Below, piece by piece: positions 11,142-23,534 of a stretch of 64,000 bases of DNA. Origin of the DNA: Escherichia coli (lineage in GTDB: Bacteria; Pseudomonadota; Gammaproteobacteria; Enterobacterales; Enterobacteriaceae); the NCBI RefSeq assembly GCF_001677475.2, contig NZ_CP015229.1; one strand, given 5' to 3'. Below the pieces are notes generated by a model, which did no database searches, was not told where the DNA came from, and saw nothing but the letters and a program-made list of their open reading frames with translations. The position numbers and the translations under genes were made by a program. Every line of letters starts with the position of its first letter. The stretch's first letter is position 1.

Positions 11142-11870
11142 TCAGGAAAAGGTACCTGGCGAATGTTGCGCAAACTGATGTGGCGTTACACCATAATATT
11201 GTCGAAATGTGTTTATAAAGTACGACGTACTGCTATATCCACATTTTTCCGCAATAGTATGCAGAGGAATTTGACGTAACTCGAGTAATCGTCTGGCCAT
11301 CGACATCCTGGAGGCGAGTAATATTTTACTGAAACAGGTATTTTCATCCTGCAACTTTTTTTTGATGAGACTCTCGCTGGTATACATTCTTTCCGCGATA
11401 TCGCGCAGATACCAACGTTTGGCGATATCAAAGCTAATAAGGCGTTCAACTTTTCCTGAAACAGTACTGATACTATTGAAAAGTAAGGGGATCAGTTCTT
11501 TCTTATGAGAAAACATCGATAAACAGGAAAGATAGAGCATTTTGCTCAGTATCGGCGAATTTACCCCGGAGTCATTGAAACTATCAAAAATCGCCGTCAC
11601 CAGAGGCATGGGGGGGGACTGGTTAATTAACAAACGGTCTTTGCTATGTAACCCTAAATTGCGTGGTAGCTGACGAATATTTTGTAAGTAATGGCAAATT
11701 GTCAGCTCATCGATATCCAGCCGTCGCGTATCCGGTGAACAAAACGCAAAATCGTCTGCCAAATTTTTATCCAGTAACAGGATACTCTCGTTGTGCAACG
11801 ATATTTTTTGCTGTTCATGATAAATATCGAATGAACGACGAACGAGGATCACCGAGCAGACATGAGTCAT
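11142..11870 (-). CDS. gadW: AraC-family acid-resistance regulator GadW, 242 aa
   Basis: Protein MTHVCSVILVRRSFDIYHEQQK... with C-terminal AraC helix-turn-helix; ATG verified at 11868-11870. Confidence 0.95.
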   Translation of the reverse strand: MTHVCSVILVRRSFDIYHEQQKISLHNESILLLDKNLADDFAFCSPDTRRLDIDELTICHYLQNIRQLPRNLGLHSKDRLLINQSPPMPLVTAIFDSFNDSGVNSPILSKMLYLSCLSMFSHKKELIPLLFNSISTVSGKVERLISFDIAKRWYLRDIAERMYTSESLIKKKLQDENTCFSKILLASRMSMARRLLELRQIPLHTIAEKCGYSSTSYFINTFRQYYGVTPHQFAQHSPGTFS

Positions 11871-12116
11871 GACTATCCCTTATATTTCATTACTGCGATT
11901 ATTTCAATTTCAGTATACTAATGAAATGATGCCAGACTGTTTCTTCGTGCAAAAACTGCCATATTTGGTAGGACCAAAATTTATCCACAAAGTAGTTTTG
12001 CATAACATTTAATTGATAATAAGTAAATGCAACACGAATATATTTTCACACGGCGTATAGCTTATGTTTATAAAAAAATGGCTGATCTTATTTCCAGTAA
12101 AAGTTATATTTAACTT

Positions 12117-12222
12117 ACTGAGAGCACAAAGTTTCCCGTGCCAACAGGGAGTGTTATAACGGTTTATTAGTCTGGAGACGGCAGACTATCCTCTTCCCGG
12201 TCCCCTATGCCGGGTTTTTTTT
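12117..12222 (+). ncRNA. gadY: GadY small RNA, antisense to the gadX 3' end
   Basis: Sequence ACTGAGAGCACAAAGTTTCCCGTGCCAACAGGGAG...CCCGGTCCCCTATGCCGGG followed by T8 on the + strand matches the GadY sequence as I recall it; terminator hairpin plus U-run seen directly. Confidence 0.7.
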
Positions 12223-12238
12223 ATCTCTGAGTAAAACT

Positions 12239-13063
12239 CTACAATCTTATTCCTTCCGCAGAACGGTCAGTGCCGTAAAAATTCCCTTGTGCAACAATAC
12301 TTGCCGCCGAGTCACGGTTCGGCAATCCCTGCGCTGATCGCTCCTGATACTCTGTGGGCGTCATCCCATAATAATTTCGAAAAACGAAAATGAAATACGA
12401 CACGCTGTGATATCCACAGGACACTGCAACTCGCTTAATTGAAAAACCATGTATAACAATAAGTTGCAAAGCACGTTGCATTCTACACTCAGTAAGCAAC
12501 TGTGAATATGATGTCTCTTCTTCGCGCAATTTTTTCTTTAACAGGCTTGGACTCATCAACAGCTCGCTGGCGATTCGGGCTAGTGTCCACTCATGTGCGA
12601 TATTATTATTGATAACCGTACAAACTCGTGTTCGCATGTTCGGTTGCAAAACGTTCAGAAGTAGCGGTATAAACTGCTCATCCTCCAGAAAAACAGATAA
12701 CAGCGCAAAGATTAATGCTCTTTTACGTAGCGTTTCTGCATAGCGAAGATTCTTATTCTGCGATAGTTGCGCAACTTCCTGAAAAACAGGAATATCTCTG
12801 GTACAGTGATGAACGAGTAATGAAGGAACTTTTTTATGTGCATGAAGTTTTAATGCCTCCTCCTTGAGCATCGGGAGAAATAATGAAAGCGTATCCCTTG
12901 AAACTAATACGAAATGTTCAACACACTTATCTACTCGAATTTGGCTTGCATCCGCAAAAACCAGATCACCGCCATTAAAATAGCGATATTCACCATTAAC
13001 CATGGTGAGAATATATTTATGTCTTGCGTACGCAATTAGACAATTCCCATGTAGTGATTGCAT
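12239..13063 (-). CDS. gadX: AraC-family acid-resistance regulator GadX, 274 aa
   Basis: Protein MQSLHGNCLIAYARHKYILTMVNGEYRYF...; TAG stop verified at 12239-12241. Confidence 0.95.
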   Translation of the reverse strand: MQSLHGNCLIAYARHKYILTMVNGEYRYFNGGDLVFADASQIRVDKCVEHFVLVSRDTLSLFLPMLKEEALKLHAHKKVPSLLVHHCTRDIPVFQEVAQLSQNKNLRYAETLRKRALIFALLSVFLEDEQFIPLLLNVLQPNMRTRVCTVINNNIAHEWTLARIASELLMSPSLLKKKLREEETSYSQLLTECRMQRALQLIVIHGFSIKRVAVSCGYHSVSYFIFVFRNYYGMTPTEYQERSAQGLPNRDSAASIVAQGNFYGTDRSAEGIRL

Positions 13064-13422
13064 AGTTGGCTTAATATTACATAAACATATTACTGTTTAT
13101 TAATGTAGCACGCCGCCCTCTTAAGTCAAATTGATTGATAAATAAATTTAAACGAAGCGGGAAAACAGGATGATAATCTACGGGCAGGATGACTGGATTT
13201 ATAATACAAAAGGCGTGCTTAAGAACGCAGTGAAATTAATAGTAAGCAAATAATCTCTTACAGTGACATTAAAAACATCCGTTACATTGAATAAACATTC
13301 ATATAACATATATCTTATCAACACGATGAATAGACAGCCAATATATTATTGCTATTAATAAGCAACCGAATGCCCAACTGTTTTTTAAAGGTTGGGCATT
13401 CGGTTTTTACAACGTTATGTTA

Positions 13423-14823
13423 TCAGGTGTGTTTAAAGCTGTTCTGCTGGGCAATACCCTGTAGTTTCGGGTGATCGCTGAGATATTTCAGGGAGGCTTT
13501 GTAGTCTTCCAGCAACAGTTCAGCAAAGTCCATTTCGAAGCCGCGACGACACATAATGCGCATCACCACGATGTCAGTGGCTTCACCGCCGAGAGTGAAG
13601 GCCGGAACCTGCCAGCCGCGCAGACGCAGACGTTCAGAGAGGTCGTAGAGGGTGTATCCCGGATCTTCACCATCTTTCAGTTTGAAGCAAACCGCCGGGA
13701 TGCCTTCATCCGGGCGACCGGTACAGATAAACTCATACGGCCCCAGTTTGGCGATTTCATCCGCCAGATAAGCGGCAACCTGGTAGGAAGCGTTCTGTAC
13801 TTTGGTATAGCCTTCACGACCAAGGCGCAGGAATTCATAGTACTGTGCAATCACCTGACCCGCCGGGCGGGAGAAGTTGATGGCGAAAGTCCCAATCTGA
13901 CCACCGAGGTAGTCAACGTTGAACACCAGTTCCTGCGGCAGCGCTTCTTCATCACGCCAGATAACCCAGCCGCAGCCCAGCGGAGCCAGACCGAATTTAT
14001 GGCCTGAAGCACTGATCGATTTCACACGCGGCAGGCGGAAGTCCCAGACGATATCCGGGGCAACGAACGGTGCCAGGAAGCCACCGCTGGCAGCGTCGAT
14101 GTGCATGTCGATGTCGATACCGGTGTCGGCCTGGAATTTATCCAGTGCATCGTGCAGCGGTTGCGGGAACTCATAGTTACCGGTGTAGGTCACGCCGAAA
14201 GTCGGCACCACGCCGATGGTGTTTTCGTCGCAGGCTTCAATCATGCGTTTCGGGTCCATAAACAACTGACCGGGGCGCATAGGGATCTCACGCAGCTCCA
14301 CATCCCAGTAGCGGGCGAATTTATGCCAGCAGATTTGTACCGGACCGCACACCAGGTTTGGTTTATCCGTTGGTTTGCCTGCAGCTTCCATACGCTTGCG
14401 CCAACGCCATTTCATCGCCATCCCGCCGAGCATACAGGCCTCGGAAGAACCAATGGTGTTGGTGCCAACGGCCTGACCATTTTTCGGCGCAGGCGCATGC
14501 CACAGATCGGCAACCATATTTACGCAACGCAGGTCGATGGCTGCGGATTGCGGATATTCTTCTTTGTCGATCCAGTTTTTATTGATCGACAAATCCATCA
14601 ATTTATGGACGTTTTCGTCGTCCCAGGTCTGGCAAAAAGTGGCCAGGTTCTGACGAGCGTTGCCATCAAGATATAATTCGTCATTGATAATCTGGAATGC
14701 GACATCATCTCGCATTTCATGCAGCGGAAATCGTTTTGACTCCGCGATAGTAGAAATGGCCTTTGCGCCAAAACGTGAATCGAGTAGCTCTGAGCGGAAA
14801 TCCGTTAACAGCTTCTGGTCCAT
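13423..14823 (-). CDS. gadA: Glutamate decarboxylase A (PLP-dependent), 466 aa
   Basis: Protein [40 protein letters not shown]...; start trimmed from ORF-track 14886 to the ATG at 14821-14823. Confidence 0.95.
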   Translation of the reverse strand: MDQKLLTDFRSELLDSRFGAKAISTIAESKRFPLHEMRDDVAFQIINDELYLDGNARQNLATFCQTWDDENVHKLMDLSINKNWIDKEEYPQSAAIDLRCVNMVADLWHAPAPKNGQAVGTNTIGSSEACMLGGMAMKWRWRKRMEAAGKPTDKPNLVCGPVQICWHKFARYWDVELREIPMRPGQLFMDPKRMIEACDENTIGVVPTFGVTYTGNYEFPQPLHDALDKFQADTGIDIDMHIDAASGGFLAPFVAPDIVWDFRLPRVKSISASGHKFGLAPLGCGWVIWRDEEALPQELVFNVDYLGGQIGTFAINFSRPAGQVIAQYYEFLRLGREGYTKVQNASYQVAAYLADEIAKLGPYEFICTGRPDEGIPAVCFKLKDGEDPGYTLYDLSERLRLRGWQVPAFTLGGEATDIVVMRIMCRRGFEMDFAELLLEDYKASLKYLSDHPKLQGIAQQNSFKHT

Positions 14824-15033
14824 TTCGAACTCCTTAAATTTATTTGAAGGCAATAAAAAAGTAGGATTTATCCGCAATGGAAGCAAGGCATTACAGGCTT
14901 AATTTAAATAACAAAATCCTAAGCAGAAAAACGACTTTTTATAATATAAACATTTAACATGATAATATTAAAAACAGACTTTATTATCGCAATAAAAATC
15001 ACCCGAACATTCCTGTTCGGGCGATTAAATTAA

Positions 15034-16431
15034 TTATTGTTTATCCTGCATATACGGCGTGTAAACCCCGTTCAGACTGTGCAGGAAAGCTACGATATCA
15101 TCCACATCCTCCTGCGGCAGCTCTTTGCCTACCTGATAGCGCAACATCAGTTTCACCGCCCCGTCCAGCGTCGGCACATCACCGCGATGGAAGTACGGTG
15201 CCGTTAGTGCAACGTTACGTAAACCGGGTACTTTCTGACGCAATTTATCGCGCTCTTCTTTAGTAACATTCATACGACCAATATCCGCCGCCGTAATTTC
15301 ACCAAAGTTAAAGTCTTTTTTCAGCCCCAACGGTTCGAAGGAACGTCCGCCGAGAATAATACCACCATGACAAGTTGCACATTTATTATCTTTAAATAAT
15401 TGATAACCTTTTTTCTGTTGTGCCGTCAGCGCATTCTCATCTCCACGCAACCATTTATCAAATGGGGAATCCGGCGTAATTAATGTTTTCTCAAATTCAG
15501 CAATGGCATCAGTAATATTTTCGCCACTGAAACCTTGCGGATAGACTTCAAGGAACTGCGCTTTAAGCTGCGGATCTTTTTCCAGCTTAGCAATAATTTC
15601 GTCCCAGGATTTCGACGCCATTTCAATCGGATTCAACGGCGGTCCACCAGCCTGATCCTGCAATGTTGCCGCACGACCATCCCAGAACTGCTCAACGTTA
15701 AATACTGAGTTAAATACCGTCGGCGCGTTAATCGGCCCCACTGCGCCACCAACACCAATCGATGTTTTTCTGCCATCGACGCCCCCCGCATTCAACGCAT
15801 GGCAATGAGCGCATGAAATGGTGCTATCAGCCGATAAACGGGGATCGTGATACAGCGCAAAGCCCAACGCCACTTTTTGCGCATCGGTAGGCAGTTTTTG
15901 CGGGATGGGCTGCACCGGTTCATTGCGATGCTCCGGAGCAGTGTCATTACTGGCGTAATATTCCGCGCGCTGTTTTGCAATCCAGGCCAGTATTTCCGCC
16001 CGCTCTTCATCACTCACCTTACCCGCCCAGTGTAGCGCGGTATAACGCGTTGGTGGCATAGTTTCATACTGCATCACCCATTCAATCTTATTCAGATCGC
16101 TTTGCGAAACGGGTTTATCAGCCAACAGAGCCGCACGCACGGCCTCAAGATTAAAAGATTTATATCCGAGCTTAATGTCGTAATCCATCAACTGTTTCGC
16201 GCCAGGAATATAATAATAGGCGGGTAATTCTGCCGAAGGCGTATGGCAATAGTCGCATCCCTTTTCGCGGAGAAAGCCTAAAACCTTATTATTTTCACTG
16301 ACAGCAGATGCCTGAACATCGGCCTGTTTACTGCGTTTATTATCGTGGTACCACACATAACCAGATAACCCTAAATAGCAAATCGCGACGCCAGCCAGGC
16401 CGATCGCGGTAATACGTGAGACCATTTTCAT
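15034..16431 (-). CDS. yhjA: Di-heme cytochrome c peroxidase, 465 aa
   Basis: Two CxxCH heme-binding motifs (CDYCH, CAHCH) plus a third (CATCH); N-terminal membrane anchor. Confidence 0.9.
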   Translation of the reverse strand: MKMVSRITAIGLAGVAICYLGLSGYVWYHDNKRSKQADVQASAVSENNKVLGFLREKGCDYCHTPSAELPAYYYIPGAKQLMDYDIKLGYKSFNLEAVRAALLADKPVSQSDLNKIEWVMQYETMPPTRYTALHWAGKVSDEERAEILAWIAKQRAEYYASNDTAPEHRNEPVQPIPQKLPTDAQKVALGFALYHDPRLSADSTISCAHCHALNAGGVDGRKTSIGVGGAVGPINAPTVFNSVFNVEQFWDGRAATLQDQAGGPPLNPIEMASKSWDEIIAKLEKDPQLKAQFLEVYPQGFSGENITDAIAEFEKTLITPDSPFDKWLRGDENALTAQQKKGYQLFKDNKCATCHGGIILGGRSFEPLGLKKDFNFGEITAADIGRMNVTKEERDKLRQKVPGLRNVALTAPYFHRGDVPTLDGAVKLMLRYQVGKELPQEDVDDIVAFLHSLNGVYTPYMQDKQ

Positions 16432-16805
16432 TATTCTTCCCTCACGGTGGTGAGTTATTGTGACCCAGAAAATTTTCCAGAATGCTGCAAACGTCTCTGC
16501 GAGACAAAGCCATCATAAAAAACAGGGAGATACGCTTTTTGATAGGAATCAATCAATTACATGAATATAAACTATCAATAAGATAGCCTGTGCCTATTAC
16601 CCAGATCAGGAATGGCATATCATGATTGCGGCGAGAGCAGGATTGAATGTTCTGAAAATGAAAAACAACACGAAATCTGTATTTTTATAAATTCCATTGA
16701 TATTAGTGCGTTATATTTTTTGATAAGTTAATAAACGTGATCCACCGCACGCTTTGTCGCCCACCAGGCGGAGCGAATGACTACCCTTAAAGAAAAGCCC
16801 GATAA

Positions 16806-18485
<1,680 letters not shown>

Positions 18486-18535
18486 TATTTTTACAGCCAG
18501 CCGCTAACTTCCTGCTGGCTGTAAAATTATCCTCT

Positions 18536-19138
18536 TCAGGAGGAGATATTTAACATCATTGCCGCCTGGGTGCGATTTTTCACTTCCAGACGGCGATACA
18601 GTGATTCCAGATGCGCTTTTACCGTTCCGGTACTGATATTCAGCGCCCTGCCGATCTCTTTATTTGATTCGCCCGCCGCTAACATGGTTAAAATCTCCCG
18701 CTGGCGGGCGCTTAACGATTTGAGATCTTTAATGTCCTTTTCCGGCGTCGTTCGCCAGTCTCCAGGCAGAAACATCATCCCCATCGCCGCACTATTTACC
18801 GCCAACGCAAATGTCTCAACGGTAGAATCACGAGGCACAATGGCCAGCACATTAAAATGGATAACTTCCTGTAACCACCGTTTATTGCAATCCGTCGCCG
18901 TGATTAACACCTTAACCTCAGGAAACTGCACCACGGTTTTTTGCAGCAACCAGTAGCAAAACTCACCATCCTGATCGCCATCGAGCATAACTAAGGCTTC
19001 AGGGTAACTTTCCAGCTTTTGCCATAACTCATCTGCCTGACTGGCCCCCTGAATACTCACTCCTGGAATACGTTGCTGTAAACTGATTTTCATTCCATGA
19101 ATAAATATTGACTGCCTGTCAAACATGACTATTTGCAT
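18536..19138 (-). CDS. yhjB: LuxR/FixJ-type response-regulator-like transcription factor, 200 aa
   Basis: C-terminal LuxR helix-turn-helix (LSARQREILTMLAAGESNKEIGRALNISTGTVKAH). Confidence 0.9.
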   Translation of the reverse strand: MQIVMFDRQSIFIHGMKISLQQRIPGVSIQGASQADELWQKLESYPEALVMLDGDQDGEFCYWLLQKTVVQFPEVKVLITATDCNKRWLQEVIHFNVLAIVPRDSTVETFALAVNSAAMGMMFLPGDWRTTPEKDIKDLKSLSARQREILTMLAAGESNKEIGRALNISTGTVKAHLESLYRRLEVKNRTQAAMMLNISS

Positions 19139-19658
19139 AACTGAATCTCCACCTGAATACGTTAAAAAGACTTAAGTAGTGGAAGGGTATTACCCGCGAG
19201 AAAAAATAAGAATTCGCCATTTGGCGGTGGCCATTCTACAGAGATGACGCGTAGAAAATAGTTACCGATATAAATAGTTACAGCTAAACGCCTGAAATTA
19301 CATGTCGAGGGCACTATTTAAAACAATTTTGAGGATTTCCTTATATTGGTGGTTAGTACGCATGCAATTAAAAAATGAAATTCCGCGACCACAAGCCAAA
19401 ATAACAAACGGCAATGAGACAAAAATAAGCACAAATAACCAATACGTCCTCTGTTCACTTTAAAGGGAATCGCTGAAAAATACGCTCTGTTTAGGGAAAT
19501 TCAGCTTTCTCATAAAGCTATTCCTCCCTTTTCCTGCTGAGAAATCGCCACATTCGTCACGACTACATTGTGAAACCCGGCATTAGATGTTAGAAAAAAT
19601 AATAAACAATGCGATATACGCGTTACTGTTTCGTTGTGAACAACAATCGGTCAAAGAA

Positions 19659-20558
19659 ATGGATAAAATTCACGCAATGCAGTTGTTCATCAAAGTCGCG
19701 GAGCTGGAAAGTTTTTCCCGCGCGGCGGATTTCTTTGCTTTGCCAAAGGGAAGTGTTTCGCGCCAGATACAGGCACTGGAACATCAACTTGGCACCCAGC
19801 TTCTCCAGCGCACCACGCGACGGGTCAAACTCACGCCAGAAGGCATGACCTATTATCAACGGGCAAAAGATGTGTTGAGTAATCTCAGCGAACTGGACGG
19901 TCTGTTTCAACAGGATGCCACCAGTATCAGTGGTAAATTACGCATCGACATCCCGCCAGGAATCGCGAAAAACCTGTTACTGCCGCGTCTGTCGGAATTT
20001 CTCTATCTGCATCCGGGAATTGAGCTGGAACTGAGTAGCCATGACCGTCCGGTAGATATTCTTCATGATGGTTTTGATTGCGTGATACGCACTGGCGCGT
20101 TACCGGAAGATGGCGTTATCGCCCGTCCCCTCGGCAAACTGACCATGGTCAACTGTGCCAGTCCGCACTATCTGACGCGCTTTGGTTATCCGCAAAGCCC
20201 CGATGATCTGACTTCACACGCAATAGTGCGTTATACACCGCACCTGGGTGTACATCCGTTAGGTTTTGAGGTTGCCAGCGTTAATGGCGTCCAGTGGTTT
20301 AAGTCTGGCGGCATGTTGACGGTAAACAGTAGCGAAAACTATCTCGCCGCCGGTCTTGCCGGTCTGGGGATTATTCAGATCCCGCGCATTGCCGTGCGCG
20401 AAGCCCTGCGTGCCGGGCGGCTTATTGAAGTATTACCTGGCTACCGTGCCGAGCCGCTCTCCCTTTCGCTGGTTTATCCGCAGCGTCGGGAGCTTTCCCG
20501 GCGTGTAAACCTGTTTATGCAGTGGCTGGCTGGCGTAATGAAAGAGCACCTGGACTGA
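19659..20558 (+). CDS. yhjC: LysR-family transcriptional regulator, 299 aa
   Basis: N-terminal LysR helix-turn-helix (MDKIHAMQLFIKVAELESFSRAADFFALPKGSVSRQIQALE); start trimmed to that ATG from ORF-track 19587. Confidence 0.85.
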   Translation: MDKIHAMQLFIKVAELESFSRAADFFALPKGSVSRQIQALEHQLGTQLLQRTTRRVKLTPEGMTYYQRAKDVLSNLSELDGLFQQDATSISGKLRIDIPPGIAKNLLLPRLSEFLYLHPGIELELSSHDRPVDILHDGFDCVIRTGALPEDGVIARPLGKLTMVNCASPHYLTRFGYPQSPDDLTSHAIVRYTPHLGVHPLGFEVASVNGVQWFKSGGMLTVNSSENYLAAGLAGLGIIQIPRIAVREALRAGRLIEVLPGYRAEPLSLSLVYPQRRELSRRVNLFMQWLAGVMKEHLD

Positions 20559-20606
20559 CCGACTATACTTTTTAAGAATGACCACGACAGAAGGACAAAA
20601 GAGCGG

Positions 20607-21620
20607 ATGACGCAGGAAAACGAGATCAAACGTCCCACCCAGGATCTGGAGCACGAGCCGATTAAGCAGTTGGATAATAGCGAGAAAGGCGGCAAAGTTA
20701 GCCAGGCGCTGGAAACCGTCACCACCACTGCCGAAAAAGTCCAACGCCAACCGGTTATTGCGCACCTGATTCGCGCGACAGAACGCTTTAACGATCGGCT
20801 GGGTAACCAGTTTGGTGCGGCTATCACCTATTTCTCATTTTTGTCGATGATACCAATTTTGATGGTGTCGTTTGCCGCAGGGGGCTTTGTGCTGGCCTCC
20901 CATCCGATGTTGCTACAGGATATCTTCGACAAAATTCTACAAAACATCAGCGATCCGACGCTAGCCGCCACGTTGAAAAACACCATCAACACCGCCGTTC
21001 AGCAGCGTACGACTGTAGGGCTTGTCGGCCTGGCGGTGGCACTTTATTCCGGCATCAACTGGATGGGTAACCTGCGTGAAGCGATTCGTGCCCAGTCGCG
21101 CGATGTCTGGGAACGCTCGCCGCAAGATCAGGAGAAGTTCTGGGTAAAATATCTGCGTGATTTTATTTCGCTCATTGGTTTGTTGATTGCGCTGATTGTG
21201 ACGCTTTCGATCACCTCGGTTGCCGGTTCGGCGCAGCAAATGATTATTAGCGCCCTGCACCTGAACAGCATTGAGTGGCTGAAACCGACGTGGCGATTGA
21301 TTGGCCTGGCGATTTCCATCTTCGCCAACTATCTGCTTTTCTTCTGGATTTTCTGGCGGTTACCGCGCCACCGTCCGCGCAAAAAAGCCCTGATTCGCGG
21401 AACATTTCTGGCTGCTATTGGTTTTGAAGTGATTAAAATCGTGATGACCTACACCCTGCCATCGTTGATGAAATCCCCCTCTGGCGCAGCATTTGGTTCC
21501 GTGCTGGGGCTGATGGCATTTTTCTACTTCTTCGCCCGTTTGACGCTGTTTTGCGCGGCGTGGATTGCCACCGCCGAATATAAAGACGACCCGCGAATGC
21601 CGGGGAAAACGCAGCCTTAA
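20607..21620 (+). CDS. yhjD: Inner membrane protein of the YihY/virulence-factor BrkB family, 337 aa
   Basis: Polytopic membrane protein; conserved position downstream of yhjC. Confidence 0.9.
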   Translation: MTQENEIKRPTQDLEHEPIKQLDNSEKGGKVSQALETVTTTAEKVQRQPVIAHLIRATERFNDRLGNQFGAAITYFSFLSMIPILMVSFAAGGFVLASHPMLLQDIFDKILQNISDPTLAATLKNTINTAVQQRTTVGLVGLAVALYSGINWMGNLREAIRAQSRDVWERSPQDQEKFWVKYLRDFISLIGLLIALIVTLSITSVAGSAQQMIISALHLNSIEWLKPTWRLIGLAISIFANYLLFFWIFWRLPRHRPRKKALIRGTFLAAIGFEVIKIVMTYTLPSLMKSPSGAAFGSVLGLMAFFYFFARLTLFCAAWIATAEYKDDPRMPGKTQP

Positions 21621-21730
21621 AATAGGCCGGATGCGGCGTAAACGCCTTATCCGGCATACGTTTTTATTCGGCCTGGCTCCCCGTAGGCCGGATAAGATGC
21701 GCCAGCATCGCATCCGGCTATAATGCGCAC
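21621..21730. repeat. REP/BIME extragenic palindromes
   Basis: GCCGGATGCGGCGTAAACGCCTTATCCGGC and TAGGCCGGATAAGATGCGCCAGCATCGCATCCGGC units seen directly. Confidence 0.8.
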
Positions 21731-22030
21731 ATAACCTCTTGAAACTCTTCCCCAGAGCCTCTTCAGCCATCTATTTGGGAGCAAACAATTTCATACCAAC
21801 TCATAACCCCAGCATATAAATCCAGTTGGTAACTTTTATTTAACCTGAAACCAGTTTTATCCACTATTTATAAAATTATGTGAAGCATTTCATAGAAGAA
21901 AAATCACTGGCCTAAACATTATCCCCTTTTTGCCTGGTTTTTGACCATTTTCGCGATTTGTTACACATTGAAATATCACTTTTGCTGTGCGTAATATGGC
22001 TATTCGTTAGCCAAAAAATAAGAAAAGATT

Positions 22031-23353
22031 ATGCAAGCAACAGCCACAACACTCGACCACGAGCAAGAATACACGCCGATCAACTCGCGTAATAAAGTCC
22101 TTGTCGCCTCTCTCATTGGCACGGCCATTGAGTTCTTCGACTTTTACATTTACGCCACTGCGGCCGTTATTGTGTTTCCGCATATCTTCTTCCCGCAGGG
22201 CGATCCTACGGCAGCAACGCTACAGTCGCTCGCCACCTTCGCCATCGCCTTCGTCGCGCGCCCCATTGGCTCTGCCGTATTTGGTCATTTTGGCGATCGC
22301 GTTGGGCGTAAAGCGACGCTGGTCGCCTCGTTGCTAACGATGGGGATTTCGACCGTGGTGATTGGTCTGCTGCCGGGCTATGCCACGATTGGTATTTTCG
22401 CCCCGCTGCTGCTGGCACTGGCTCGATTTGGTCAGGGTCTGGGCTTAGGCGGTGAATGGGGCGGCGCGGCGCTGCTGGCGACTGAAAACGCCCCACCGCG
22501 CAAACGTGCACTGTATGGCTCCTTCCCACAGCTGGGCGCACCGATTGGCTTCTTCTTTGCCAACGGCACTTTCTTGCTGCTTTCCTGGCTACTGACCGAC
22601 GAGCAGTTTATGAGCTGGGGCTGGCGTGTGCCATTTATCTTCTCGGCGGTGCTGGTCATTATCGGCCTGTATGTTCGCGTGTCGCTGCATGAGTCGCCGG
22701 TGTTTGAGAAAGTCGCTAAAGCGAAAAAACAGGTGAAGATCCCGCTGGGTACGCTGCTGACCAAACATGTTCGCGTAACCGTACTGGGTACGTTCATTAT
22801 GCTGGCAACCTATACGCTGTTTTACATCATGACGGTCTACTCTATGACCTTTAGTACCGCCGCCGCGCCAGTTGGGCTTGGCCTGCCGCGTAACGAAGTG
22901 TTGTGGATGCTGATGATGGCAGTTATTGGTTTTGGCGTGATGGTGCCAGTCGCCGGATTACTGGCTGATGCCTTTGGTCGCCGTAAAAGCATGGTAATCA
23001 TCACCACGCTGATCATCCTGTTCGCGCTGTTCGCCTTTAACCCGCTGCTCGGTTCTGGCAACCCGATTCTGGTTTTTGCCTTCCTGCTGTTGGGGTTAAG
23101 TCTGATGGGGCTGACCTTCGGGCCAATGGGTGCGCTGTTACCGGAGCTGTTCCCGACAGAAGTGCGTTACACCGGAGCATCGTTCTCTTACAACGTATCG
23201 TCGATTCTCGGGGCTTCCGTTGCGCCGTATATCGCAGCCTGGTTGCAGACTAACTACGGGTTAGGTGCGGTGGGGTTATATCTGGCGGCGATGGCTGGCT
23301 TGACGTTAATCGCCCTGCTGCTGACCCATGAGACGCGACATCAGTCGTTGTAA
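22031..23353 (+). CDS. yhjE: Major facilitator superfamily transporter (metabolite:H+ symporter-like), 440 aa
   Basis: 12-TM MFS-type sequence; conserved position. Confidence 0.9.
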   Translation: MQATATTLDHEQEYTPINSRNKVLVASLIGTAIEFFDFYIYATAAVIVFPHIFFPQGDPTAATLQSLATFAIAFVARPIGSAVFGHFGDRVGRKATLVASLLTMGISTVVIGLLPGYATIGIFAPLLLALARFGQGLGLGGEWGGAALLATENAPPRKRALYGSFPQLGAPIGFFFANGTFLLLSWLLTDEQFMSWGWRVPFIFSAVLVIIGLYVRVSLHESPVFEKVAKAKKQVKIPLGTLLTKHVRVTVLGTFIMLATYTLFYIMTVYSMTFSTAAAPVGLGLPRNEVLWMLMMAVIGFGVMVPVAGLLADAFGRRKSMVIITTLIILFALFAFNPLLGSGNPILVFAFLLLGLSLMGLTFGPMGALLPELFPTEVRYTGASFSYNVSSILGASVAPYIAAWLQTNYGLGAVGLYLAAMAGLTLIALLLTHETRHQSL

Positions 23354-23365
23354 TAAGAGTGAAAA

Positions 23366-23528
23366 GCCTGATGCGCTACGCTTATCAGGCCTGAATTTCC
23401 ATACAATATATTGAATTCGCAAGGATTTGTAGGCCGGATAAGGCGTTCACGCCGCATCCGGCATGAACAAAGCACACTTTGCCAACAATCTAAATCTGTT
23501 TAATTGCCGGATGTCAGACATCCGGCAA
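23366..23528. repeat. REP elements and hairpin between convergent yhjE and yhjG
   Basis: GCCTGATGCGCTACGCTTATCAGGCC, TAGGCCGGATAAGGCGTTCACGCCGCATCCGGCA and the hairpin TTGCCGGATGTCAGACATCCGGCAA seen directly. Confidence 0.8.
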
Positions 23529-23534
23529 TTATCA

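Noticed and set aside
14101-14676. 191-aa plus-strand ORF antisense to gadA
   Set aside because: Entirely inside the gadA coding sequence on the opposite strand; no independent start signals; composition typical of an antisense shadow frame.
21621-23528. Palindromic clusters flanking yhjE as possible mobile-element ends
   Set aside because: They match the REP/BIME extragenic palindrome families of enterobacteria (GCCGGATG...CATCCGGC), which are host repeats and not inverted repeats of a transposable element.
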